64,000 nucleotides of DNA, from IMG/VR virus record IMGVR_UViG_3300045988_180675, positions 135,478-199,477 of that record; one strand, written 5' to 3'. The stretch is from a virus. The position numbers were made by a program, and so were the translations under genes. This document shows, piece by piece, positions 54,787 to 63,244 of this stretch (its first letter is position 1; each line of letters opens with the position of its first letter). The notes below the pieces were generated by a model. The model did no database searches. It was not told the origin of the DNA and saw only the letters and a program-made list of their open reading frames with translations.

Positions 54787-56508
54787 CTATTTTTTCTCCT
54801 GTTGATTGCTTCGATCAGAATATACCACGTCTAAATTGCTCTTTGCAGCTTTGATATTTGTCATGATCTGATCATATAACTCAACTTCATCACCCTTTAG
54901 ACCGTGGGACTTTAATTCTTCTGTCTTTTTAGATATTGTATCAAGCTCTGATTTGATATCCTCGATTTTAATACCAGCGTTATAGAAGTTGACACCATTG
55001 GTATTTAATTGAAATGTAAGTTCTTTATAAACAACTAACGCTGTTTTGATATTATCCTTCTTTGCAATATCATCAGAAGAGATATCCATCAATTGCTTAT
55101 AAAAGTTTTTGTAATCGACCTTTGTATCTCCAGCCTTATTTACATTTCCAGATTGGATATAGTAATCTGCGACCTGATAAAACTTCGATGCTCTTTCTTT
55201 CTTTTGTTCTTCTAATGAAGAACTATTTCTTGCGATATCGAACCATGGTTTACTTAACTGCTTGTTTCCATCCGTTTCATAATAGTAAAAGTAGGCTAGT
55301 CCCATATTATACGCAAAATCATCGTATCCTTCTGAATTTCCATCTTTAAATCTATCCTGTACGGTCTTTCCATTTGTCTTATAGCCGACAAGGCTTGTTA
55401 GCTGGTTGGCTTCATTCTGACTAAAGTTTCCATCCTTCAGATATACATTATCCAAAAGTTCATCAAATGCCTCTGCTCTTGTTGGATCCAGTTTAATCGC
55501 ATCTGAGTAATTTTTGATTTGATCTTCATCTGTTACTGAGATACGTGCATTTTGAAGTTCTTCATCATAGGTATTTGCCAATAATGAATCTGCGTATAAT
55601 CTAAGTCCAGTTGAAATCGAACATAATAAGATTCCAACAAATCCGATCGTCATCCATCTATGATACGTTGCTGTCTGCTTCTTTAATGATTCAACCTCAA
55701 GCTCTTGATAATGTTCTAGGGCAAATTCCAATTCTTCTACCGTTTGATATCTATCATCAGGGTTATTTGCAATACATTTTAAAATGATTGATTCAAGACC
55801 AGATGATAGCGTCTTATCAATTCTTCTAATAGGAAGAAATTCATACGGAGGTTTTGTTGGGTTTTTCCCAGTGACAAGATGATACATCGTAGCACCAAGA
55901 TTATAGATATCTGTTCTAGCATCTGATTGATGGTGCTGTTCTCCTTGGAATTGTTCAGGAGCAGCGTAGCCTCTGGTTCCTAAGAAGGTTGTATCTCCAT
56001 CCTGTCCCCCCTTGTATTCTCTTGCTGTACCAAAGTCGATCAACATAATATTTCCATCTGGTTTTAACATGATGTTCCCTGGTTTCATATCACGGTAAAT
56101 GATCGGAGGATTTAGTCCGTGCAGATATTTTAAAACCGAACATATCTGTAATGACCAATCCACGACATCTTCTTGAGATTGTTTTCCCTGCTCTTTCAAG
56201 ATGTCACTCAATGTTCTACCTTCAATATAGTCCATAACGATCAAGAAAGTATCATCCTGATCAAAGATATCGACAATACTAGGTAAATGTTCATGCTTTA
56301 GGTGACGAAGGATATTTGCCTCTGTAACAAGGTTTTGCTTGATGATCTGCGAAGTTGCGGAAGTAGATGTTTTTTTGACTTCCTTAATTGCCCACTGCTT
56401 ATTCACCTTTTCATTGATGGCTAACCAGACCGTACTCATTCCACCTTGTCCAGTTCGGTTAATAATTTTGTATTTGCCATCTACTAGGTCCCCTATTCGA
56501 AGTCCCAT
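54787..56508 (-). CDS. Hanks-type Ser/Thr protein kinase, membrane-spanning, non-PASTA extracellular domain
   Basis: G-loop GQGGMSTVW, AIKEV lysine, catalytic loop YRDMKPGN, DFG, APE. A TM (WMTIGFVGILLCSISTGL) is followed by a roughly 270-aa helical/TPR-like C-terminal region. Confidence 0.9.
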   Translation of the reverse strand: MGLRIGDLVDGKYKIINRTGQGGMSTVWLAINEKVNKQWAIKEVKKTSTSATSQIIKQNLVTEANILRHLKHEHLPSIVDIFDQDDTFLIVMDYIEGRTLSDILKEQGKQSQEDVVDWSLQICSVLKYLHGLNPPIIYRDMKPGNIMLKPDGNIMLIDFGTAREYKGGQDGDTTFLGTRGYAAPEQFQGEQHHQSDARTDIYNLGATMYHLVTGKNPTKPPYEFLPIRRIDKTLSSGLESIILKCIANNPDDRYQTVEELEFALEHYQELEVESLKKQTATYHRWMTIGFVGILLCSISTGLRLYADSLLANTYDEELQNARISVTDEDQIKNYSDAIKLDPTRAEAFDELLDNVYLKDGNFSQNEANQLTSLVGYKTNGKTVQDRFKDGNSEGYDDFAYNMGLAYFYYYETDGNKQLSKPWFDIARNSSSLEEQKKERASKFYQVADYYIQSGNVNKAGDTKVDYKNFYKQLMDISSDDIAKKDNIKTALVVYKELTFQLNTNGVNFYNAGIKIEDIKSELDTISKKTEELKSHGLKGDEVELYDQIMTNIKAAKSNLDVVYSDRSNQQEKK

Positions 56509-57281
56509 TCTTCATCCCCCATTCTAAACGCTAATACCGTGATATTGTCTTTTTCGTTTCTTTCTTTTGATAGCTCTACGATTTTTTCTAATTGAGCTTT
56601 TAGCTCCTCATTAGACTTTGTAGATTCAAGTGAAAGCGTGGACGCCATCTCTTTTTCACTTACGACATGGACAAATCCATCGCTACAAACAAGAAAGAGT
56701 GTGTTGTTGGCGTATTTGCCAGTGTAGAACTGTGGTGATGGAAGTTGATTTCCTGCTCCGCAACATTGCATTAAAACGCTTCTATCTTTATGCGTTAGAG
56801 CCTCTTCTTTTGTGATAGCTTTCGTATCAATCAGATATTGGACAACGCTATGATCATGTGTAATCTGTTCAAGCTCTTTAGAACCTTCATCCAGCTTGTA
56901 ACCACGAGAGTCTCCAACATTGAATGCAATATACATATTCTTCATTACAAACATGCCAACGACGGTTGTTCCGCCTTGTTGCCGTCCAAGCTCTTTTTTA
57001 ATTTCGGTATGTAACTCTTCAGTTGCTTTTGTTATGGAATCTTTGAAACCATCAACGCTAAACCCCTGTTCAAATAACACATTCAAATCACTTACGAACC
57101 AATTCTTAAATTTTTCAACTGCTAAACGTGAAGCAGCTTCTCCACGGGACATTCCTCCCATGCCATCTGCGACCATCGCAAACACAATGAGTTCTCCATC
57201 TAGGCGAGCTGTTTTTAATAAGAGGGCATCTTGGTTTGTCGCCTTTTTGATGCCCTTATCTGTACAATATGCTTTAATCAT
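56493..57281 (-). CDS. PP2C-family Ser/Thr phosphatase
   Basis: NQDALL, VADGMGGMSRGEAAS, VGDSRGY, SDGF and DNITVL motifs. Confidence 0.9.
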   Translation of the reverse strand: MIKAYCTDKGIKKATNQDALLLKTARLDGELIVFAMVADGMGGMSRGEAASRLAVEKFKNWFVSDLNVLFEQGFSVDGFKDSITKATEELHTEIKKELGRQQGGTTVVGMFVMKNMYIAFNVGDSRGYKLDEGSKELEQITHDHSVVQYLIDTKAITKEEALTHKDRSVLMQCCGAGNQLPSPQFYTGKYANNTLFLVCSDGFVHVVSEKEMASTLSLESTKSNEELKAQLEKIVELSKERNEKDNITVLAFRMGDEEWDFE

Positions 57282-57285
57282 AGAA

Positions 57286-59001
57286 CTAGTCCTCGATAAA
57301 TAACTGGAAGCGAACGTTGGAGAATTGAATCAGCATTCCATTTGTTAATTTTACTGGTGTGTATTCTGGAATTGGTCTTCCATTGATATATGTAAAATTC
57401 TTCGAACCGAGATCTTCGATACAAATCTCTCCATCTACGATATGGAACGTTGCATGTGTTCTACTGATCGTTGTATTTCCAGAAATACAATAATCTACCT
57501 TTGCACGCTCTTTACCAATAATGAAACCATCCTTGGTAATGTTTACCTGTTCACCAGTATCCTGTCTGATCATGTATACATTCTTTGTTAATGGAGAACT
57601 TGAAAGCAATGTCGTTCCTTCTGCTCCATCGTCTAAAATATTAGCTCCTTCATCTTCTCTTGCATAATCAAGATCTGTACGAGCTTCTTTTGTAATACGC
57701 ATGCTTCTTGGAGCGGATTGGACTGTAATATCCATGTCATCCATATCAACACGTCTACCTGTCTTATTATCAACTAAGTGTGGATCGTGATTCAAGTTTC
57801 CTAATTCTTGTGAGAAGTCTTCTTCGTAATCTTCTTGTTCTTTTAAGATTTCTGCTTCTAACTTCTGACGCTTCTTCTTTTGAACATTTAATATTGCAAC
57901 GATAATTGCAATTGCTACCACTCCACCAAATACATAAGGCAAGAATGGGAATTTCTGTAACAGTCCTTTTGTTTCAAGAGCATCTTGTGCGTCCTTGATA
58001 TCTGTAACCGCAGCATCAATCTTCTTTTGTGTACGGCTGTCATCTTCTAATAGGTCCTTACCTGCCTTGATTGCGTCATTTAACTTCTCAACAGATTGAG
58101 GTGTGTATTCACTAGTATCAACATCTTCAGCTGACTTGATTGCCTTTTCAAGCTCATCGGTATCTAAAGAAGACAATTCTTCCTTCTTACGTTTTTCATC
58201 AAGCTTTTCTTTATTTTCTTTTTCCTTTTCTGTTGAAACCTGACCTTCTGTCTTATATTCAATTCCGTTTTCACTCAGTACACTTTGGATACGCTCGTTT
58301 GGAATAAAGTATGAGTTGTTATCTACAGAAGAGGATACGATTCCCATAATACTGTACTTACTATTTACGATTGGGGATCCTGTTGCTACTGCCGTATTGC
58401 CTGCAAAGATATATTCCTCGCTGGTTTGTGACTTTGCTGTTACAGTTCCATCGAGCGATACAACGGCGTTCTTTTCTACATACAATGCTTTTGCTGGAGC
58501 ATTTGTTTCTAGTCCTGCATTGGTATCCGTGAAACTCATGTATTGAGCTTGCTTTGATGCAAGACCGATAACCCCAACCCCTTGTTTAAAATTCTTGGTT
58601 GTGATTTCAACCTTGGAGCCTGTAGCGGTAGAAACTTTGATCTTAATGTGTGGAGCTGTTTCCTTCTCACTCTTCAGTGAAATTCCTAGCTTTTCATAAG
58701 CATCTCCTTTTTCAGATAAAATCTTTTTGTATAAAAGGCTAGATGTTGTATCATCCGTTAAGGTTTCGGTTGTTACCATATCACTTTCTGAAACCATGGT
58801 ACCTGTACCTGATGCCCATACATCAAAGGAACCATCAGAGAACTCATATCCGATCTGAATATTCATGATCGCCTTTTCTGGAATTGCCTCGATCGTATCA
58901 GCTGTCTTAGAAGTGCCTTCTTCCGCATGAACCATTGTTGGCATCATAACCAAACAAGAAGCAGCTACAACTTTTAATATATTCTTTTTAATATTGAACA
59001 T
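57286..59001 (-). CDS. bitopic FHA-domain protein with extracellular trypsin-like pseudo-protease domain
   Basis: Signal peptide and an ectodomain resembling S1-family proteases. The His position reads TTETL and the Ser position reads ATGSPIVN instead of G.SGGP. A coiled coil and TM (FPFLPYVFGGVVAIAIIVAIL) follow. A cytoplasmic EGTTLLS motif is followed by an FHA domain (IIGKER...ISRTHA...SKNFTYINGR). Confidence 0.8.
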   Translation of the reverse strand: MFNIKKNILKVVAASCLVMMPTMVHAEEGTSKTADTIEAIPEKAIMNIQIGYEFSDGSFDVWASGTGTMVSESDMVTTETLTDDTTSSLLYKKILSEKGDAYEKLGISLKSEKETAPHIKIKVSTATGSKVEITTKNFKQGVGVIGLASKQAQYMSFTDTNAGLETNAPAKALYVEKNAVVSLDGTVTAKSQTSEEYIFAGNTAVATGSPIVNSKYSIMGIVSSSVDNNSYFIPNERIQSVLSENGIEYKTEGQVSTEKEKENKEKLDEKRKKEELSSLDTDELEKAIKSAEDVDTSEYTPQSVEKLNDAIKAGKDLLEDDSRTQKKIDAAVTDIKDAQDALETKGLLQKFPFLPYVFGGVVAIAIIVAILNVQKKKRQKLEAEILKEQEDYEEDFSQELGNLNHDPHLVDNKTGRRVDMDDMDITVQSAPRSMRITKEARTDLDYAREDEGANILDDGAEGTTLLSSSPLTKNVYMIRQDTGEQVNITKDGFIIGKERAKVDYCISGNTTISRTHATFHIVDGEICIEDLGSKNFTYINGRPIPEYTPVKLTNGMLIQFSNVRFQLFIED

Positions 59002-59030
59002 GTTCTTTTCTCACTTTCTTTCTAGTCACT

Positions 59031-59043
59031 TATATTATGCTAT
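59031..59043 (-). promoter_or_regulatory. Box-1, exact copy
   Basis: Exact 13-mer, 29 nt upstream of the ATG at 59001. Confidence 0.6.
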
Positions 59044-59046
59044 TTT

Positions 59047-60213
59047 TTATGCGACTAGTGTTAAATTAACATTCTGTTTTACTTCTTCTGGAGCCTTAAA
59101 GAATAACAGCATCAGATCAGCATTAAACATGGACTTCAATATATCGCAATTCTTTTCAACCTTATCACAACGTATTTTTCTAAGAGGGATCGTCTCACCA
59201 TTATAGTTAAAGGCATAATCCGAAAAGATCTTTTTGTATTTCTCCCATAACCTTACGACTTCCTTCATAAATGGGCTTCTTACGCTCTTTTTCGCTTCAT
59301 AATATTCTTTATCACTCATGAAACCGCCCATTGCGATCTGATAAGCAAGATCTTGGACGCTTAATGGGTTTGCTTCCACAGCATAATGCCAAATATAACT
59401 TAATTCACGCTCTACGTATGAGATCGTATTATTCAATGCGGAAACACAACGTCTGATCCACTTTGACATTGGGTAATTCGATTTCTTTCTCTCTATCATG
59501 AGTCCTTCTATAATTTTAACTCTATAATCACGTACAGATTGAACAGCATATTCTAAGAGCTGCTTTCTGACCCTTTGGATATAATTATCAGATCCATCGA
59601 ATAAACGTGTCTTCTTAACAGAGAACCATCTATAACTAGGCTTCACATCTTCTCTCACATCACCTTTTTTAAATTTAGCAACAGCATTTGGATTGTTCTT
59701 TCCACAGAACTTTCCTGTAACACTATCGACATACTGAGTTTTTGTATAAGTCGGATAAACTTCCTTTTCCATTTCATACATAAAACGATCACAGAACCAG
59801 AAGCGAATCATAAAAGCACTTTTCATCGTGTAATGGAAAGCAAACCACTTGATTCCTTTGTTTCCATTTGTAACTTTATTAGCAAAAGATAAAGCCACTT
59901 TCTTAGTGCTTTCGTAATTGTGGAAGCCTCTTGGCAACATTAAGGTAACACAAGTACCATAACGATTATTCTTATACTGCTTCCCTATTTCTTCATTTTC
60001 TCTAATATACTGCTTTAAAAATTGACTAAAGCCTAAAGAATTAAGTGGAGAACAACATAGCAAAGCTAGTCCTCTCATCTTTTTTCTTCTTGCTCTTTTC
60101 TTACCCAAAATAATATCCTTAGCTCTTTTTACTGGTTCGATCCTTACGAAACCTCTATATTCCTTATCGGAAGCGTTACATAATATCGTTACTCCATCTG
60201 AATTAATGTCCAT
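59047..60213 (-). CDS. hypothetical basic protein (388 aa)
   Basis: Long ORF with a basic patch KKRARRKKMRG. No HUH, Rep or HTH motif recognised. The start codon choice is uncertain because SD spacing is long. Confidence 0.6.
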   Translation of the reverse strand: MDINSDGVTILCNASDKEYRGFVRIEPVKRAKDIILGKKRARRKKMRGLALLCCSPLNSLGFSQFLKQYIRENEEIGKQYKNNRYGTCVTLMLPRGFHNYESTKKVALSFANKVTNGNKGIKWFAFHYTMKSAFMIRFWFCDRFMYEMEKEVYPTYTKTQYVDSVTGKFCGKNNPNAVAKFKKGDVREDVKPSYRWFSVKKTRLFDGSDNYIQRVRKQLLEYAVQSVRDYRVKIIEGLMIERKKSNYPMSKWIRRCVSALNNTISYVERELSYIWHYAVEANPLSVQDLAYQIAMGGFMSDKEYYEAKKSVRSPFMKEVVRLWEKYKKIFSDYAFNYNGETIPLRKIRCDKVEKNCDILKSMFNADLMLLFFKAPEEVKQNVNLTLVA

Positions 60214-60265
60214 ATTTTCTTTTCATTTTCCTTCCTTTTTTTTTAACCTACTCTTCAATTTGTAT

Positions 60266-60345
60266 CCTAAATTTAATGTCCCAGTTGTCATATATACGCA
60301 GTATCGTACTGCTTTTTCTCTGGGAGAAAATTTTTGAGAAAATCC
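60266..60345 (-). promoter_or_regulatory. duplicated leader with twin hairpins, copy 1
   Basis: Palindrome GCAGTA-CGA-TACTGC (60298..60312) is adjacent to the inverted repeat TTTTCTC-N3-GAGAAAA (60314..60330). Homologous to 61636..61718. Confidence 0.6.
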
Positions 60346-60377
60346 ACGTTTTTTGCAGATTTTCTCTTCTCATTCCT

Positions 60378-60406
60378 AGTATATACTGCTATTTTTAATT
60401 TTGCAA
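60378..60406 (-). promoter_or_regulatory. sigma-A-type promoter TTGCAA-N17-TATACT
   Basis: -10 at 60378..60383 and -35 at 60401..60406. The spacer contains ATAGCAGTATAT, a hybrid of the two box types. Confidence 0.55.
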
Positions 60407-60434
60407 TAAAAAAATAGGAATTATCTCCTATTTT

Positions 60435-61598
60435 TTAAAGTGGATACTCTGGGAATGGTTCCATAAATGTAAATGTCCAATACACCGTTCCATATCGTTC
60501 AGCTGATAGTTGTTTTGCTAGACGACTTGTAATTAGCTTTAGAGTGATAGGATTGATTTCCGTAGACGCTACAGTTGGTACAGCGAACATTCGTAAGCCC
60601 CTATCCTCTCTGTAGATCCATGCAAACCCTGTTTCTACTCTGAGTATATCTAAAATTAAGGCTTCTGGACCATATAATTCTTCATCAAACATCGACTGAT
60701 AATCTTCGTAATAATCATTGCCTACAAATACTTTCTGTACGCCATCAGGCAAACTTATTACATGTTTCGCTGCAAAGTTTTTAACATCCCTTTCTGTTGG
60801 TTTGGCTGGAAGATAAAATCCAAATCCAGTCTCAATCATTGGAATCTCTTCAAGCTCTACTACCTTATTTCCAATCTGATATTTATTTGTGAGTGCCTCT
60901 TTTAACAAACGTTCTTTATCAATGGTCTCATCTTTAGGCAATACTTCCTGGTTTGAATATAAGAAATTATATCCTCCTTCAGAAACAAATTCCCCGCTAA
61001 TAATCATGTCTTGAATCGTTTTGTCAAATCCCATCTTAACAATGTCTACCGTATCTGTAGTCACATTGATCGGGCAGAATCCATTTAGTTGCTGTGAAAA
61101 CATTACACAAACAACAAGCTTCTTTAAAGACGTTCCAAATTCGCTTGAGACAATAAACATCGAAACCTTATTTTTGGCAAACATGATCGAAGTTACCTTC
61201 TCTACAGATACAGGGAAAGAAAATGTAGATTGCATAATTTCTTTCATATATACTTCTCTGCTCTTGACTGTATCTTGGATTGTATTGATACTCTCAATGA
61301 TTGCCTTTTTCATTGTTGTAACAAATTCCTTTGGATCCAACATCTCCTTTATCGAACTCAATTTGATTTCTGTATCCTTTGTAATTAGAGGATATCCACA
61401 CGCTTTTACAAGTTCACTTAATGTCACGTAGTTATATGCATTATTGGCAAACTTTTGAAGCATCTGCATCGTTGGTTTTGGTCCGTTCCCATTTAATAAT
61501 TTACTGATAGTACCTTTTGATACCCCACAATTCTCTGCAAATTGTGCAACTGTTCTTGGCTTCATTGCAATTCTTAATAACACTTTAAAATCTTCCAT
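60435..61598 (-). CDS. HTH (XRE-like) domain protein with large C-terminal domain of unknown function (387 aa)
   Basis: N-terminal TVAQFAENCGVSKGTISKLLNG helix-turn-helix. The remainder is unrecognised. Confidence 0.7.
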   Translation of the reverse strand: MEDFKVLLRIAMKPRTVAQFAENCGVSKGTISKLLNGNGPKPTMQMLQKFANNAYNYVTLSELVKACGYPLITKDTEIKLSSIKEMLDPKEFVTTMKKAIIESINTIQDTVKSREVYMKEIMQSTFSFPVSVEKVTSIMFAKNKVSMFIVSSEFGTSLKKLVVCVMFSQQLNGFCPINVTTDTVDIVKMGFDKTIQDMIISGEFVSEGGYNFLYSNQEVLPKDETIDKERLLKEALTNKYQIGNKVVELEEIPMIETGFGFYLPAKPTERDVKNFAAKHVISLPDGVQKVFVGNDYYEDYQSMFDEELYGPEALILDILRVETGFAWIYREDRGLRMFAVPTVASTEINPITLKLITSRLAKQLSAERYGTVYWTFTFMEPFPEYPL

Positions 61599-61635
61599 AT
61601 TTATTCCTTTTCTTATTCCTTTTTCTTAATTAGAA

Positions 61636-61718
61636 CCTAAAATTCAATTTTGAGCCTGTCATAAATACGCAGTATCGTACTGCTTTTTTCTCTTGAGAAA
61701 ATTTCAGAAGAAAATGCC
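61636..61718 (-). promoter_or_regulatory. duplicated leader with twin hairpins, copy 2
   Basis: Palindrome GCAGTA-CGA-TACTGC (61669..61683) plus the inverted repeat TTTTCTC-N2-GAGAAAA (61686..61701). Confidence 0.6.
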
Positions 61719-61759
61719 TATTTTTCAACGTTTTGGGCAATTTCTTCTCTACAAAATAT

Positions 61760-61788
61760 ATTGTACATCACGCCTACAAAGAAAGCAA
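61760..61788 (-). promoter_or_regulatory. possible promoter TTGCTT-N17-TACAAT
   Basis: -10 at 61760..61765 and -35 at 61783..61788, read on the minus strand. A weaker match than the others. Confidence 0.4.
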
Positions 61789-61826
61789 TGGGCAAGTTGC
61801 TTGGCAATAAAAAAGAAGAAACCAAT

Positions 61827-61970
61827 CTAGTTTTTCTTCTTCTTTAATAGGTTGTCTAGCACGACCTTGACAAATCCAACTAGGACAATAAGTCCGCTTA
61901 GCTCTGCAAAGATGCCATTTGACAATGCAATGCCTAATAGCATGACGCCAAATCCAATTTCACTTTTCAT
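61827..61970 (-). CDS. small membrane protein (47 aa)
   Basis: Trimmed to MKSEIGFGVMLLG... because SD AAGGGAG lies 9 nt upstream of this ATG. The longer track ORF overlaps the upstream gene out of frame. Confidence 0.5.
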   Translation of the reverse strand: MKSEIGFGVMLLGIALSNGIFAELSGLIVLVGFVKVVLDNLLKKKKN

Positions 61971-62032
61971 TTTTAATTTCTCCCTTCTTTTATATTTTTT
62001 TACATAACAATCAGAATTACTGGAATTCTGCT

Positions 62033-62332
62033 TTAACCGATATACTTGGCTATTACAACGAAAGCTGAAAGACAACATGAGATAAATGCCAAGAAAAGCA
62101 TTAAAATCCCAACCGCCATGTCCTCCTCCTCGTTTGTACTGCAAAATATAGCCACGAACAGATTTGAGCATGGGAACAACAATGTTACCAACCCGATCGC
62201 CAAGTTGCCCTTGATAAATATCTCTTCACTTTGTAATAAATAGCTAACGATATATACGATGGCTGTTATTGTTGCCCATATTATCCAGATAATCTTTTTC
62301 TCTTTTGCTGTGTCGTCCATTACCATTCCCAT
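62033..62332 (-). CDS. membrane protein (about 97-99 aa, three hydrophobic segments)
   Basis: The true start is probably the 3rd or 5th codon (ATG at 62326 or 62320), given SD AAAGG at 62334..62338. Confidence 0.55.
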   Translation of the reverse strand: MGMVMDDTAKEKKIIWIIWATITAIVYIVSYLLQSEEIFIKGNLAIGLVTLLFPCSNLFVAIFCSTNEEEDMAVGILMLFLAFISCCLSAFVVIAKYIG

Positions 62333-62335
62333 CCT

Positions 62336-62611
62336 TTACATAAACCTCTTCGTGAGGATCAATATGATTAACGATACCCCAGCCAATACGGCTGCCGTCA
62401 ATTCTGTTTCGAATGTATCTTCGTGTGTCTTTTTGTATAGTAGAAACTCCAAGCCGTTCTTGAATGGGATCGCAGCGAAGAAAATTCCAGAAACAAAAGC
62501 TGTGATCATTAGGAATATCGATTGTTTATACAGTAAAGCAGCTGCAATCGCTAACGCTAAAAGCAAGATCCAGATATTTACTAATACTCTCATTTTTCTT
62601 CGCATATTCAT
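62336..62611 (-). CDS. membrane protein (91 aa, three hydrophobic segments)
   Basis: SD AAAGGAGAA. A Box-1 variant TAGCATATAATAAG (reverse complement of about 62636..62649) lies upstream. Confidence 0.6.
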   Translation of the reverse strand: MNMRRKMRVLVNIWILLLALAIAAALLYKQSIFLMITAFVSGIFFAAIPFKNGLEFLLYKKTHEDTFETELTAAVLAGVSLIILILTKRFM

Positions 62612-62680
62612 ATATTTTTCTCCTTTTCTATACCCTTATTATATGCTAAAAAGAAAGTAAAGTCAAGAAAAAAGAGCTTT

Positions 62681-63241
62681 TTATCGCTCTTCTTTCGTTG
62701 CTGATTCTTTTGCCTTGTTGATAACTTGTTCTTTTGCTGACTTGCCTAATCCGTCTACAGAAATCTTCTTTTCTGCATTCTTGATCAGATCTTGTACATT
62801 AGCAACCTTGTTAACTGTCTTTGTAGCTTGATTTGCAATGCCTTTGGCTGCCTCTACACCTTTTTTGGCAACAACTACCTTGCCAGCTACTGGCACAGCT
62901 ACAGCAGCCTTTTCTGCTGCTTTCTCAGCGGCTTTTTCAGTTGTCTTTGCAGCTGTCTTTTGTACCGCCTTAGCAGAAGCCTTCTTGATTGTATCCTTAG
63001 CCTTATTGACACCCTTCTTGGCAATTTCTTTTGCCTTTTCAACTGCCTTTGTTTTTGCCTTATCTACTTCTGTCTTGATAGGACTTTTCTTGTAAATATC
63101 TTTTGCTGTCTTACCAGATTGGTGTTTTGCCATCTGCTTTGCATTTTTTTCTAGTTCTTTTTCTTGAGCTTCCTTTTTTAAGCCCTGAAGGGCTTGTTTT
63201 GCAAGATCAGAACCTACGTTCTCAATTCCCATGTTATTCAC
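62681..63241 (-). CDS. Lys/Ala-rich low-complexity basic protein (186 aa)
   Basis: SD AAAGGTGA. The composition is dominated by K, A, E and T (…KAKTKAVEKAKEIAKKGVNKAK…). No family recognised. Confidence 0.6.
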   Translation of the reverse strand: MNNMGIENVGSDLAKQALQGLKKEAQEKELEKNAKQMAKHQSGKTAKDIYKKSPIKTEVDKAKTKAVEKAKEIAKKGVNKAKDTIKKASAKAVQKTAAKTTEKAAEKAAEKAAVAVPVAGKVVVAKKGVEAAKGIANQATKTVNKVANVQDLIKNAEKKISVDGLGKSAKEQVINKAKESATKEER

Positions 63242-63244
63242 CTT

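Noticed and set aside
59047-60213. Calling the 388-aa basic protein a relaxase or replication initiator.
   Set aside because: I could identify no HUH, catalytic Tyr context, Rep_trans or RepA-like motif. Position alone is insufficient, so it is kept as hypothetical.
61971-62171. The 114-aa version of ORF 61827..62171.
   Set aside because: Its first 67 codons overlap the upstream membrane-protein gene out of frame and look non-protein-like. An internal ATG at 61970 has a good SD.
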